Assembly: GCA_951406725.2 (NCBI GenBank)
Contig: OX597821.1
Span: forward strand, 63,116,001-63,180,000
Length of the DNA stretch: 64,000 bases
Reading direction: 5' to 3'
Source of the DNA: Octopus vulgaris
Taxonomy: Eukaryota
The notes below the pieces were generated by a model that was not told the DNA's origin, did no database searches, and saw nothing but the letters and a program-made list of their open reading frames with translations. Both the position numbers and the translations under genes were made by a program. Shown piece by piece: positions 13,504 to 26,076 of the stretch (position 1 is the first letter of the stretch; every line of letters begins with the position of its first letter).

Positions 13504-14379
13504 ATATATATATATTACATACACACACACACACACACATACACACACACATATATACCTAGTAGATCCATGGGGGCGAAGAACAAGTACGCGCACACAG
13601 AATCAAACACATATATGTATATATATGTGTATTTGTATGCGTCTATATGAATGGTAAACCAAGCATATTGTTCTGAGGTGCCTTTAAGACTTATGACAAA
13701 GTATTTACAGATGGTGAGACTCACTACTATATTTTGAGGCAAATTTATTTAAAATTTTGCGTTGAAACTAATAACTATGTTATTTCTAATTGATTTATTC
13801 TATTTTCATGAATTAGTCTGCAATAAATAAATCTTACGGTTAATGTGCTTCCCTCTTTTGCCGTTATCAAATATTTTTCTTGGGAATATTAAGATGTGCA
13901 CGTTGATCGATAACTTATCATTTTATAAATTCTATGTCATTATAATCCATTTAGAAATTGAAATTTACTGAGAAGTGTCGAATTACAGTAAACATATTCT
14001 GCAGCAAGGGTTGTGAATATGACAAGTATTAGAATTAGAAAATATATCAGATGTCTTAATTGATTTTGTGGAGCCATCCACCAGGGATTTACTTTAGGTT
14101 TTACATGGAAAGCAAATAACAAATCTGATATACAAAATAATGTTTTTCGTCAGAAATCAAAGTCCAGATTGTTAACTCTGTATAAATTATTATACACTAA
14201 TATTTTCTCTTCAGGTCATGACACCACTAAATAACATTTTTTCTTCCCATTCCAATACCCAAAGTGTGTTTTAACCGGTAGATCTTTGTCATCGATTATT
14301 CCTATTGTTATTTTTTTCCTTTAACGTTCTTACTGTAATGCTAATGGTTGTTCGAAGGTGTAACGGAAATGGACAAAAC

Positions 14380-14740
14380 GCTATACAGTATTACACGTCA
14401 CCACTTGAAGTTCTGAGTTTAAACTCTGTTCAAGAGTAGATAAAAATGAGAACCAAATACATTTAGTCATCGAGTTGGCTGTCCAAGGGAGTAACATTAA
14501 AATTCCTTTCTTAAAAATCCTTGTCTTCAAATTAACAGAATAGTTATAGCAAAATCAGAGCACGCTACGGTATTTATGCGGCCTCAATAATCTAATTTGA
14601 AACACAGGTGTGATCAGCTTTGCATTTCTTCAATGCAGCATCGGAAAATTAAGTATTAGTTAAATATGGATGACGATGGCATCAACTAAAACTTCCATTT
14701 CAAAATTATTGGTGCTCTGCCTAAATCAGAGATCAAAATT
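14380..14740 (+). mobile_element. Two very degenerate SINE family A remnants
   Basis: gttctgagtttaaact...gataaaaatgagaacc and ctttgcatttctt...aaaattaagtattag resemble the 38061 copy. Confidence 0.4.
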
Positions 14741-14759
14741 ATCATTTATTAATCTTACT

Positions 14760-15400
14760 TGTAGTTTGCATTCACTAACCTTCCAGAGGAAACTGTGTGT
14801 CCCTTGGATATGTGCAATGTTTTGGTTTGGCATGGTTTGGTTTTGTTGAATTGAAAGTTTTCTAAATTTTATGTGCGATATGTCTCATAACATTTTCTAC
14901 TATGCATTTGAGTAAACAACAGACTTTTGCTTATGTTTTTTTTGCATGATGTATTATCATTATAAGGATAGTGTCTGCGGCGAGAACCCACATTCAGGAA
15001 TCTCTTGCTGTCCATGTTTTATATTTGGGTAAATTCTCCATTTCTTCTAGATTTTCACCGTTATCTATTGTGCCGGAAACATCCGTGAATTGATATTTTG
15101 TAGATTAGATTTGAACTCTCTATCTCCATGTATTGGTGTATCTCAGGGTATCGTTGGTTTGACATTCTCAGAGGTCTATTCTGGTATAATCACATGCCAT
15201 TCAGTTTCTGCTAGTATTTCAAAGATTACTTTTGTTATTATCCATCATAACACTGTTGCCTCGATATATTTTACATTTTACATTCTTTCCAAAATATCTA
15301 TAACCATCTCTATATTTTCTATATATCTGTTACTTCAGCCTCTGTTTTGCATTTGTTAAACTCCTGGAAATGTGAAAACAGTTTCTTAGTTTTGTTTCTA
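14760..15400 (-). mobile_element. Penelope-like (Naiad-type) element fragment, RT thumb to Zn-finger linker
   Basis: KPNDTLRYTN-like RT thumb word, FLN...RHYP, then C-T-Y-P-R-D-T-Q-F-P-L-E-G-*-*-M aligning to CxC(x5)CPLxGxC. Confidence 0.65.
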
Positions 15401-15414
15401 TTTCGTTGTGCATT

Positions 15415-15436
15415 GTATTATTATTATTATCATTAC

Positions 15437-15499
<63 letters not shown>

Positions 15500-15519
15500 T
15501 AATAATAATAATAATGATG

Positions 15520-15602
<83 letters not shown>

Positions 15603-15613
15603 TAAAAAAAATA

Positions 15614-15665
<52 letters not shown>
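15415..15665. repeat. (AAT)n microsatellite
   Basis: Seen directly. Confidence 0.97.
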
Positions 15666-18286
15666 TTTGTAGCATGCAGCAAGGCTGTTGTAAGATCTCG
15701 CTGAAATAGTTTTGAACATAATCTTAACTTCCAATTCATTTGTTAATTTTTACCAATGGAAACCTATAAATTAATGATTGATGCAATTTATTATTAGCCT
15801 TGATAATATTTCTGATTACTGATAAAGAAAAAATATAGGGTTTAATTTCTGTGAATTTACATGCTATGAATTACTAAATCCATTTTCCTCGAAGTTATGA
15901 ATAAATTCATTTATAAACAAAATAAGTTACCTAATCTAAATTCTACTCCTTTTGATATTCATGACAGAGGAAAAGTTTTGAGAAATAGATATTTTCTGTT
16001 CTGAAAGTTGTATCAAAATTATGTTATTTAAATATATTCTATGTAATTTTAAATTCTATAGAAATCGGTTTGGGTGAAAGAAAATTACTATTCAAAGAAA
16101 AAGGACATCTTCAATGTTGATGATACAAAATACTACCTCCAATGATTTAGTATAGCATCATCTAGGCATCATGATTACTAGTATCAGTTAAATTTATCCC
16201 TGAGTATGTAGTAACAAAATAAAAGTTTAAATTATTCTAGCAATATATGTAAGTTATAACATCTCAATTCATTTAAACATATATACGCAAATGTTATTGA
16301 AACAATTGAGTATTTATTCAATATATTAGTTACATTATGGAAAATTATCATTGACTTTCTCTCTAATTGTCCATATCGTCGTGTAATCATTTTTGCTGCT
16401 ATGTAAACGGAATTACTGCTATATGGCTACAGATAAAGACTTTTAGTTAAGTAGTTCGCTTCACACCCCCTGTGTAACGGATTACCCTCGATTTGTATGG
16501 CATCTTGAGCATGTTTCCTGCATCCCTCTACAATCTTGTGTATGATTAATTCACAAAATGCTGTTAACTTCCGTTAGGTTGATAGTAACTCCCCTTTACA
16601 GGTACACAGAATCGCAACCAGTAAGTAGTCGATTGCCATGTGAGTACTTCAACACTCTGCGGCAAGAACTCGGATCGTTAGAGAACTCACTCAAACCGTG
16701 GAATCCCTCCCAAATGCAACAACATTTAAGTCATGGTATCCTGGTGCCTCTTTTGAATCAAGCCCCCGAAGCATTTTAAATGTTTATAGCTGAGGATGAG
16801 TTTATCTTCGAATTAAACCCTAGCATGATGTAATGATCAGAGATGTTTGGTAAAATTCATATATTAGTATATTTGATAAATGAAAGTAGAAATCCAACGT
16901 AGATTAATGAATATGTTTCTAGATCACTGCCTGCACAGAAATTTAACAAAACGATTATTTCAAAATGCGTTGTGAGGCGGGATCAAAAGGAGTAGTCAAA
17001 GATATTTTAACAGTAGTCATGTGCAGGTTGTACATCAAGATATTGCATAGCTATCTTTTCTAAGACCATATTCAAATAACTGCAGATTTGCCTTTGTAGG
17101 TAACTTACGTAATTAGTCTTAAAATGTTAACTAGAAAATATCGAAACAGATCAACCATTTGATAAAGTGTAATTTCAAAGAGATGTAAATATAAACATGG
17201 ATATTAAGTATAAGGATCCTAGAATAAGAAAGCTAAAATACCAAAACCTTGAGATGTAACACAATTAAGTTATGATACATAATACACACCATTTATGTAT
17301 CATTATATATTTCATTAGTAAAACCGATTAGGTACTACATTAGTAATACATAAGGTTTATGCTGGTGCACAGTTTACAGAAATTTTATCGAAGTGATAAA
17401 GTCGTTCTGGGCAATAGCAGTAAGTCTCAAACTAAAAGAAAGTAAACTAACTGAATGAGAGAAGAATGCAGCAGTTATATTTGATCCATAATTCTGACTG
17501 TAAAAGTAATTTGTAAAATCATTCGAACATTAGTTGCCATTTTTCAAAAAGCAATCGTTACATATTCTGTAAAAGAATTCTTACAATTATTTTAGCGTTT
17601 ACACAAGATGTCTTCATGTAGTGTCATGAATTGCTGAGAGTAACGTTTTTTAGTTGAAGTGCTAAAAGTGTCTGTATTGTCAATTGTCACTCTCATTTTC
17701 TGTATATTGGGCAGCCATAGATTGTCCCGGAGCTGGATTAATTATTTTTCACTTTGCATGGAAAAGGAAGCTTTTGAGAAAACATGTAAATTTGTAAACT
17801 GCAATAAATAAGATAAAAAAAAAAGAAATCTATAACAAGTCTTCCTATGAAGTGTTCCCCAATTATCTTCTGATAGACGTCTATTTCAGTTTCCAACTTC
17901 AAGGAAACAACATAATGAGACAATCAGTTTTTCGTTCCTTTCCTTTTTCATTTTATTGATTACTAACCAAAGAGCTATCTCTGCTTCTTAATATACTGGC
18001 GCCACTTCAATATTTGCAATGATTCGTTTCAAAGTTAATCTCCAGCACGCGTGAATATTCTTATGCACAATAACCAGAAACCATCTTTCGCAGTCAGAGA
18101 ATCCTACAAGTCTTTCAACAATCAATAAAAAGCACCCATTTATTACTACACATAAATAACATGAACAGCAATATAATGTAATCGATGTTTGTTGTACACG
18201 CAAAACAGACACACACGCGCACATATTCTATGTATATGTGCACACACACAATCATACACATATATATATAGAAATATATACATCAG

Positions 18287-18331
<45 letters not shown>

Positions 18332-18415
18332 GCATATAAATTATGTATGTAAGTATACTTAAGTCTATAATACGCATATAGATATATTTACACACACGTA
18401 TACACACATAAATGT

Positions 18416-18467
<52 letters not shown>

Positions 18468-19074
18468 ATATATATTTACTTATAGTTATTGAACAGAATG
18501 TACAGAATTGTGTGGTATCAAAAAAGCTATACATTTTTCTTTCTAATTTTCTCTCACTTCTGCTATACATCACTGTATGAGGAACATTGTGAACAACTGC
18601 AGATCGCATGGCTAATCGTAACTGGGAACAATGAACTTGCTTGTAGATTATAATGATGATTGATGACCTTACATAAAAAAAAAAAAACTTCTGGTTGCAT
18701 CTGCTTTCTTTCTTTTTTGTATGTCGATTGATTTTATTCGTTGAATTTAGCACGATTCTGAAAACGCATGTTGTTGATGACTTTCCTGTCATACATTGTT
18801 TGCATACATTTAGCTTATAACATAAATGCTATATATTCCTCTATTTACTTAACTTTAGTACTAAAATTCACTTTTATCCTCCGTAAAATTCAAATTTCAC
18901 TTTAAGAACAAGTTTTGTTCCCTAACACACAGATACACTCACATATATACACTTGTAAGCATATTCCAAACACCGGTGGTGTGATTTACAGCATCTGACA
19001 ATTAATGCTTAATTGAATTTAGCCTAATTACTAGTAACTCACATTGTAGTTAGCTGAACATAAACAGACGTACA

Positions 19075-19094
19075 CGCACATACACTCACACACA

Positions 19095-19175
<81 letters not shown>
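19075..19175. repeat. (CA)n(TA)n microsatellite
   Basis: Seen directly. Confidence 0.95.
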
Positions 19176-19179
<4 letters not shown>

Positions 19180-19869
19180 ACATACATACAAAACGTTTAC
19201 ATACACACGTAACAAAGCAATATACATGAAAGATAGTCTGTAAGATATATATACGATATCATACATTTCATTAGAATAGGGTGATTGTTAATTACATAAA
19301 GTAATATAAATATCTACTAATTAATGTCAAATTGTCAGAGACATGTAACTCTTATACATAACATAATGGATTAAAAAGCTGAATTTTGTAATTACAAGCA
19401 CAATCCATTTGGCCAGTCGTCACTTGTTAGACAGTAGTCAGTTTTAGTCTATTTGCGTTCCCACGAATGATTAAGCTGGCCACGGATATGGTAAATACAC
19501 TTGCCGGAGGGGACATGACATATTAGGATCAAATACGATTGCTTACGGCTGCCAAGCAATCTGCTTAACTAATTGGTCATGGCTGCACTTATCAATACAT
19601 TCTTATATATACAGACACATATGGATTATATGCATGCATACATAATTCCTATATATTTGGCTGGGAGGAGTGGAAGAAAGTGTGTAAATGCGTATTAAAG
19701 AATAATGTTTTTATATAGAAATGCACATTGAAGTACATTGACTTAATTTAAACGCCACTTAGCAGAAGTGTGGCACTGGTCGCATTTTCACTAAATATAC
19801 AATGTACTAAATATTTGGCAATTGTATCAAGAACTTTATCTTAAGCTTTTGATATTATTATTACTTTAT

Positions 19870-20050
19870 GAGTGAACTGGCAGAATCTTTAGCACGCCGG
19901 GCGTTATAAGTGCAAATTCCACCGAACTCGAGTTTGTCTTTCATCATTTCGTCCCGACAAAATAAATACCAGATAAACAATGGGGTCAATGTCAACGACT
20001 ATCACTCATGCCCGAAATTGCTGGTCCTGTGCAAAATCTGGAATCGATAT
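19870..20050 (+). mobile_element. SINE family A, degenerate
   Basis: gaactggcagaatctttagcacgccgggcg...caaattcc...tttcatcatttcg...taccag...ggggtcaat. Confidence 0.65.
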
Positions 20051-20509
20051 TATATCATTTTATAATCATTATTCGACGTGTAATTTCTATTGATCAGAAC
20101 GTAAAGATAATGTCCTTACATCATTGTAAAATAAACACTCATTCGTATTTGATTTTGTAAAGTAGCGTAGCTATTGCTATGTGGCTGAGTTCGTTCACAC
20201 TGTTGTGGGACTGAAACAAGAGATTTCTACTATAGCCAAGGACTGTCTCTATAATTATGCAGTAAATACAACTGCAGTTTGTTATTTGGTATCATTAATT
20301 CGACTTCTTTTACAAATGTGATGATCTTGTGTGCCTGAGGCTGACATTCACGAATATATTATGTAATTATCTACATACTCATTTACTTCTCGAGAAATTA
20401 CGTTAGAATTATGCATACCTGTGGCTTCCTTGCTCTCTTTAGGTGATCTATATACAGCTGGTTGTTATTAGCAAGATTATGTGTTAACTATTTAACTTTG
20501 TAGAATTTA

Positions 20510-21047
20510 TTGGTTTGTCCGGAAAGTTCGTGCCGATTTTTAAAGGAAAGAAAACGGTCAATAAATACTTGACATTACATTTTTAATCAACCAAATATCA
20601 ACCATCTATCCTTTAACTTGAAAATACCCTCTTCCCAGAATTGAGGTGGTTTCATGGTGGTTTCATCAAGATATCTTTTTACGTCATCCAAGGAACTGAA
20701 ATTTTTACCATTAAGACTATTCTGCAGAGACCTGAATAAGTGGAAATCCGAAGGAGCAATATCTGGTGAATATGGAGGGTGGGGTAACACATCCCAGTCG
20801 AGCAGCAGCAATTTTTGTCTGGTTCCCAAAGCATCAAGTGCCGAAAAGGAACTTTCTTATCTTCCATTTCCAAAGGGTTACAGAATGAACACAGGTTATG
20901 GGAACATAAACCTTCTTTCACTAAAAGATAGCTTAATCTGTGCTCTAAATGGAGGTGTAGTCAAATCCTATTTTATGGACTCCATGTTCTAAAATAAGTC
21001 GAAAGGTAAGCTACTATAAATGGGCACGAACTTCTCGGACAACCCAA
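20510..21047 (-). mobile_element. Internally deleted mariner with both TIRs and TA TSDs
   Basis: TA|ttggtttgtccggaaagttcgtgccgattt ... aaatgggcacgaacttctcggacaacccaa|TA; 538 bp. Confidence 0.92.
20587..20867 (-). pseudogene. mariner transposase remnant
   Basis: MEDKKVPFRHLMLWE fused to TRQKLLLLDWDVLPHPPYSPDIAPSDFHLFRSLQNSL (YSPDLAP(S)D motif). Confidence 0.93.
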
Positions 21048-22149
21048 TATGTTTCACCAAATTGAAGATAGGAATGTACTGACTGAGGTTCGTCTTTTCT
21101 TGTGAAATCATTCTTCGATATCATATGTTCACAAAGTAGAAACATGGCATATTTTTCTTACATTCTTGTACATTTAGACCCTACTGTATACATCATAGAT
21201 ATTTCCTAGTAGTTTTGGACGAAATTTAAAATTAGATTGACTTCTAACTGAAATACATTTGTATTATTTCTATCAAGGAACAGTCAATGAGAGAGATGTA
21301 TGCTGTTGAATATTTAACGCAAATTTAATATAGCCTGTCTGGACCTATTCTGACGTGTCTGTGAATAGTTTTAAGCAGTGCGACATCTATTATCACAATG
21401 ACTTATGGTATAAATGTAACTTTCAAGCTAAAGTAATGTATTTGGGTCTTGAACAGTATAGAGTTATACAAATTTAGTTTTGTATATTTAATCCTATTTT
21501 ATAAAATTTTATTTTAGAAATTATTCGTCCCCTTTGGCGATACTTTTAACGTATAAATATACTTCTTCAGATTGAACTTTTCTTCGGCTTACGAAACTTT
21601 TTGATTAATCAAAGTCTACCCTGAAAATAATGACGCCATCAAGGCATAGATGAAAATGTGATTGTTTAAACCACAGAAGACTTAATTCTGAATGCATATA
21701 ATTAAAAAAGAGTAAACCATAAATATGCGTTGATAATAATGTAAATGCATAAACGTAGATGTGGACGCTTTTCGAAGAAACTTTCAGTGAGAGCTGTCTC
21801 TTGTCATGTGGATGTTTTTTGTGAATGTCATTGTATTTGCATGTGCGTTCCTGTGCGTGTGTGAGTATGTTTCACTGTGTGTGTATGTTTTTCTGTGTGT
21901 GTGTGTATATGTGTGCATTCGTGCGTGGGTTTGTGTGTTTGAGGGAGTGCTTAAGCATACACCTTGCACTGTTAACTGGAATTTAACAACAAATATTTAT
22001 TCAAGCAATATTTAGGAAAGGAAAAGAGGGTATGCAAATGCATAAAAAGTCAACATCAAAAGCTGAGTATAAGTTAAACTTAAACTAGGTGTATACAATT
22101 TCAGTTGACTTTAGAGATTTCAGAAAAAAATTAACCATTGGCATGTACT

Positions 22150-22350
22150 TTATATTTTGGGAAATAAGAGCTTTCTAACGACTTGGCCAGAACACTACGT
22201 CAGAAAGAAAGGAAGTGTCAACTAGTATTGGCAGTAATTAATTTAGGAACGAGTTGGACGAGATGTTAAGAAAACTAGATGTTGAGGAGACGGGCTAAAG
22301 AAGCTGGAAGGTGTAACCACTGTTATTAGAGAGATGTCAAAACGACTAGA
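22150..22350 (+). mobile_element. CR1/L2-like LINE 3' fragment (tentative)
   Basis: KEVSTSIGSN*FRNELDEMLRKL resembles the CR1-group ORF2 C-terminal EVVxAxSVNxFKxxLD. Confidence 0.4.
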
Positions 22351-24147
22351 ATTAAGATTTAAAAAAATAATGGAAAAACCATCGGGGGAAAAATATCAGT
22401 GGCTGATAGGTAACATTTACAACCACATCCGGCACAGAAACAGAAACCAGCACCTGCGGAAATAGGAAAATCAGGTATACACAAGCAAATATTCATGCAC
22501 ACACACACGTAAGTAGATACATACAAATATGTGCATGTGGTGTGTGTAAGATACATACATATGTGTGTGTGTTTGTGTGTATGTGCGTGTGTTAACAAAC
22601 TTCGTGCTTTTCTGCGGGGGTTTCTGGTAAGGAGTGTCGATTTTTAAAATTCTGTAAATAATAATATTATTTTTTAAACTATAAGCTCATAAAAAATTGT
22701 ATATATATATATATATTCGCGTGAGTGTGTGTGTGTGTACATCATACATTTATATATATATATATACGTGTGTATGTGTGTGTGTATATATGTATACAAA
22801 GAGAGATTAGGAAGCGAAGAGAAACAACAAAACGACAACAGATTGTCACCTACATACATATTTAAATCCATACAACAAGCTATAAATATATAATTATAAA
22901 TACACATATATAAATATAAAAGAAGGCGTAGGCTTCTCTCTTTAGTAAGTGGTTGTTTCTTCCTTTCTACATGTGTGAGTGTGTGCATATGTGTATGCCT
23001 TTTCCTTGTCACCCCGTTCCCCCTCCATGTAGTTTTTTTCAGAAATATTTATCCTATCGCTAAAATATGCTCTCCCTGTCCAGTAATACCTCTTCCCTCC
23101 TCTACACTATTACAAAACCCCTCATAATCCGTCATTTTGTTGAATTATATATCTTAAGTGGTTTTTTTTTTTTTATTTCCGACACAAGGTTCCTGCAGAT
23201 AGTGAAGGCCACTAATTTACCTTATAGCTTAACAGTTATTCTAGCATTTTATCAATTTTAATTCCTGTTCGTGCGTAAGACAACCAGTAGCGTTTTCGTT
23301 TTCTGTCATTATTTAAAAGACTCATTTTGCAGGATAGATTAAATTAGTCTACCACATTCCTGTTAGTCAGCCCCTTTCGAAACAAACACCCATAAAGTCA
23401 AGTTTAGTACAATAAAAATATTTATATTTACGAATACTTAATTGCCTCTGTACATCAATATATATATTTATATATATACTTATATATGGTTCTTTATACT
23501 TATAGTGTAATATGTATGATAAATGTTGTTTATTCATTAAGTGAATCTAATTAATTTTAGATCAAAATAAACGGAATAAAAATGTCACAATATATTTCTT
23601 TACATCAAAGCATCTAATTAATCCTTATTTCTAGTCTTCGTATTGACTCTTATTAATGAACATCAAAATCTATTTCCTTTCCTCCTCTAAAATATACCAG
23701 AATCCTTGTCGCATTTCCTTCCAATTTTGGACCACGTCAAAATCCCTTTGTTGCTTTTCTTTAATACTCTCGTCTATACACCTTACAATATTCTCGAGAG
23801 AATGTTATTGTAAGTTAAGTAGATGTCCAATTTTCCTAATGTTTCCTTCATTATCCACATTAACAGAATTCTATTCATTGGAGCGATAACTATTTTCTTT
23901 TCATCTCTCAAACGAAATGACTATGATAGAAAAGCATAACATCCCATAACACTCATCCCCCATCCAGCTTAGTCTTTTCAAACTCTTCCGCTAGTATATT
24001 GGCTTGGAATCTTTTGAAATGTTTTCACTTCATTCCCAGTATTTAAACCCGCCCGATATATCACTATTTACTGCTCCTTCTTTTATTCAATCTTTGTGGA
24101 GATCACATACTAAATAACTTCTTCAAACATTCTTGCACACAACTAAC

Positions 24148-24243
24148 TTTTTCTTCTTCTTTCTCTTCTTCTTCTTCTTCTTCTTCTTCTTCTTCTTCTT
24201 CTTCTTCTTCTTCTTCTTCTTCTTCTTCTTCTTCTTCTTCTTC
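24148..24243. repeat. (CTT)n microsatellite
   Basis: Seen directly; source of the poly-R ORF. Confidence 0.97.
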
Positions 24244-24639
24244 CAGAAAGCTCTTGTTCCTGCTTAGTGTTATATATCAAATTGAACATTAACTGAATAA
24301 AACTCAACAAATTATAACATGACATTCTTGTTCTGCTTAGGGATAAATTGAAGGTCAATAAGAACCTCTACTTTCTTAATCTAAGGAATAACATGAGCGT
24401 ACATAAGATCTTGCTCCTTCCTTATGTAAAAATGCATTAGTCATCGCAGCTTTTCTTTGCTCAACAGTAATACCATTCGTTGTTGAGTTGCAAAAATATT
24501 ACCTGAGGCAAAAATTGTACCAGTTATTTTCAAATGTTTTCAATGGAACACATTAATAAAGATATTACTTATTTCCCTTAAAATTTTAATTTCATTATAA
24601 CCATCATACATAAATGCTAAGCATGCACTTTGCATACAA

Positions 24640-25126
24640 ATGTTACCCAAATTGGTGAAACATTAGAAAAAAGGGCCATGTCAAAGATTTGGCAAACATT
24701 TAATTATGTAATATGAAATAATGCACGAATGCAACCCCATATACTGAAATAGATAGGTACGAGCAAAACGCCCCCCGTCCAATGAACGGTGCAGAGTTGT
24801 CAAACATTTAAACCAAATTTTCTCCAAACAACTTGTCCGACCGTCCCATAGGCCTCCCCTTTGAGAAACACTGATTTAACCTAAATTTGAGACACCAGTA
24901 AAAGAAATAACGATAGACATTTTTTCTATTCCAAGAAAAACGATTTTACAAATGCACATTTCCTCGGCTTTATCGATCGCATTCTCACCAGGAATAATTT
25001 TTGTCAAGACTTATAGACGCCCTGATACCGTCGGTATCTACATATCGAATCTGAGTGCAATAGGATGGAGGATACCCGAGATCCTAATAGACACACATAC
25101 AAACAGACAGAACAGCTTTTACATAA

Positions 25127-25129
<3 letters not shown>
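24640..25129 (-). mobile_element. Non-autonomous Helitron-like remnant
   Basis: Terminal layout ...gatacccgagatcctaatagacacacatacaaacagacagaacagcttttacataatag parallels the 5' end of the 61520-62119 element; CTAG end not found. Confidence 0.4.
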
Positions 25130-25174
<45 letters not shown>

Positions 25175-25389
25175 GTATATTATTTTTAATGCCCAACCAC
25201 CGAACATTAGGTATCTGCAAGGTTTAGAAATGGAAATCTTCAAAAAAGGTGAAGACAGTTTTTATATGCAATACTGGCTGAGCACACATCTACTTCACCA
25301 GAAACAATACTGGAAACATCCCCGGATGCAGTGAAGTTGATGTAACAGCATGAACTCAGCCTCTGGCTGAAACCCATAAAAGAAGAGAG

Positions 25390-25453
<64 letters not shown>

Positions 25454-25519
25454 CATTTTTTCAGAATGAGATAAAAAAAACCAAGGATGTGAAGATTTTA
25501 GAACATTTCTATATAGAAG

Positions 25520-25567
25520 GTCTTACAGCTGTTTCCAGGATGTTTATTATATCCCTTCATCGGAGAC
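25520..25567 (-). ncRNA. Type I hammerhead ribozyme in the PLE terminus (one core substitution)
   Basis: GTCT-CCGATGA-AGGGAT...ATCCTG-GAAA-CAGCTG-TA-AGAC; CUGAUGA changed to CCGAUGA. Confidence 0.7.
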
Positions 25568-26076
25568 GGTGTGAGAAAATGGTTGAGCAATAGTTAATTT
25601 AGATAAGATATGAAATAGAGAATGAAGTGGAGGAATAAAAATAGATGTGAGATATGCAGCGATATTGCATTTGTAGATCCATTATTTAGGCAGAATGGTA
25701 TGCATATAAGATTCGAATACCTTATGAGTAAAATCCAATAGTATCTAAAATTGGTCATTCCAAGTAAAAAGTTTGTACACTGTGCTATTGAATCTAGGGT
25801 TTTATTTAAAGTGACCTAAAAGCAGGGAATGTATTTATAAGGTCAAATCGAAAACAGGAAGAGAGGAATAAAGAAAAGAAAGAAACGAGAGAAAGAGAAA
25901 CAAGGAGAGAGATAATAAGAGAAAGTGTACCAGTTAGTGGTCAGTCAAGATAATTTGAAAGTAGGAATGTGGAGATGAGGGTGATAGAGTGAGAAAGGTA
26001 TTAAAGTGAAAAGAGAGAGTAGGAATGTGGGGTAATCCAAATATGAGTGGTGACTAGATTAAAATTCTATAGGCTA

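Noticed and set aside
17940-18130. VGFSDCERWF, a PHD-finger-like word
   Set aside because: Remaining Cys/His ligands absent; may be chance
23650-24140. Possible L1/Tx1-like post-RT fragment on the minus strand
   Set aside because: Only one weak GG-x-L-x-D word; not enough support
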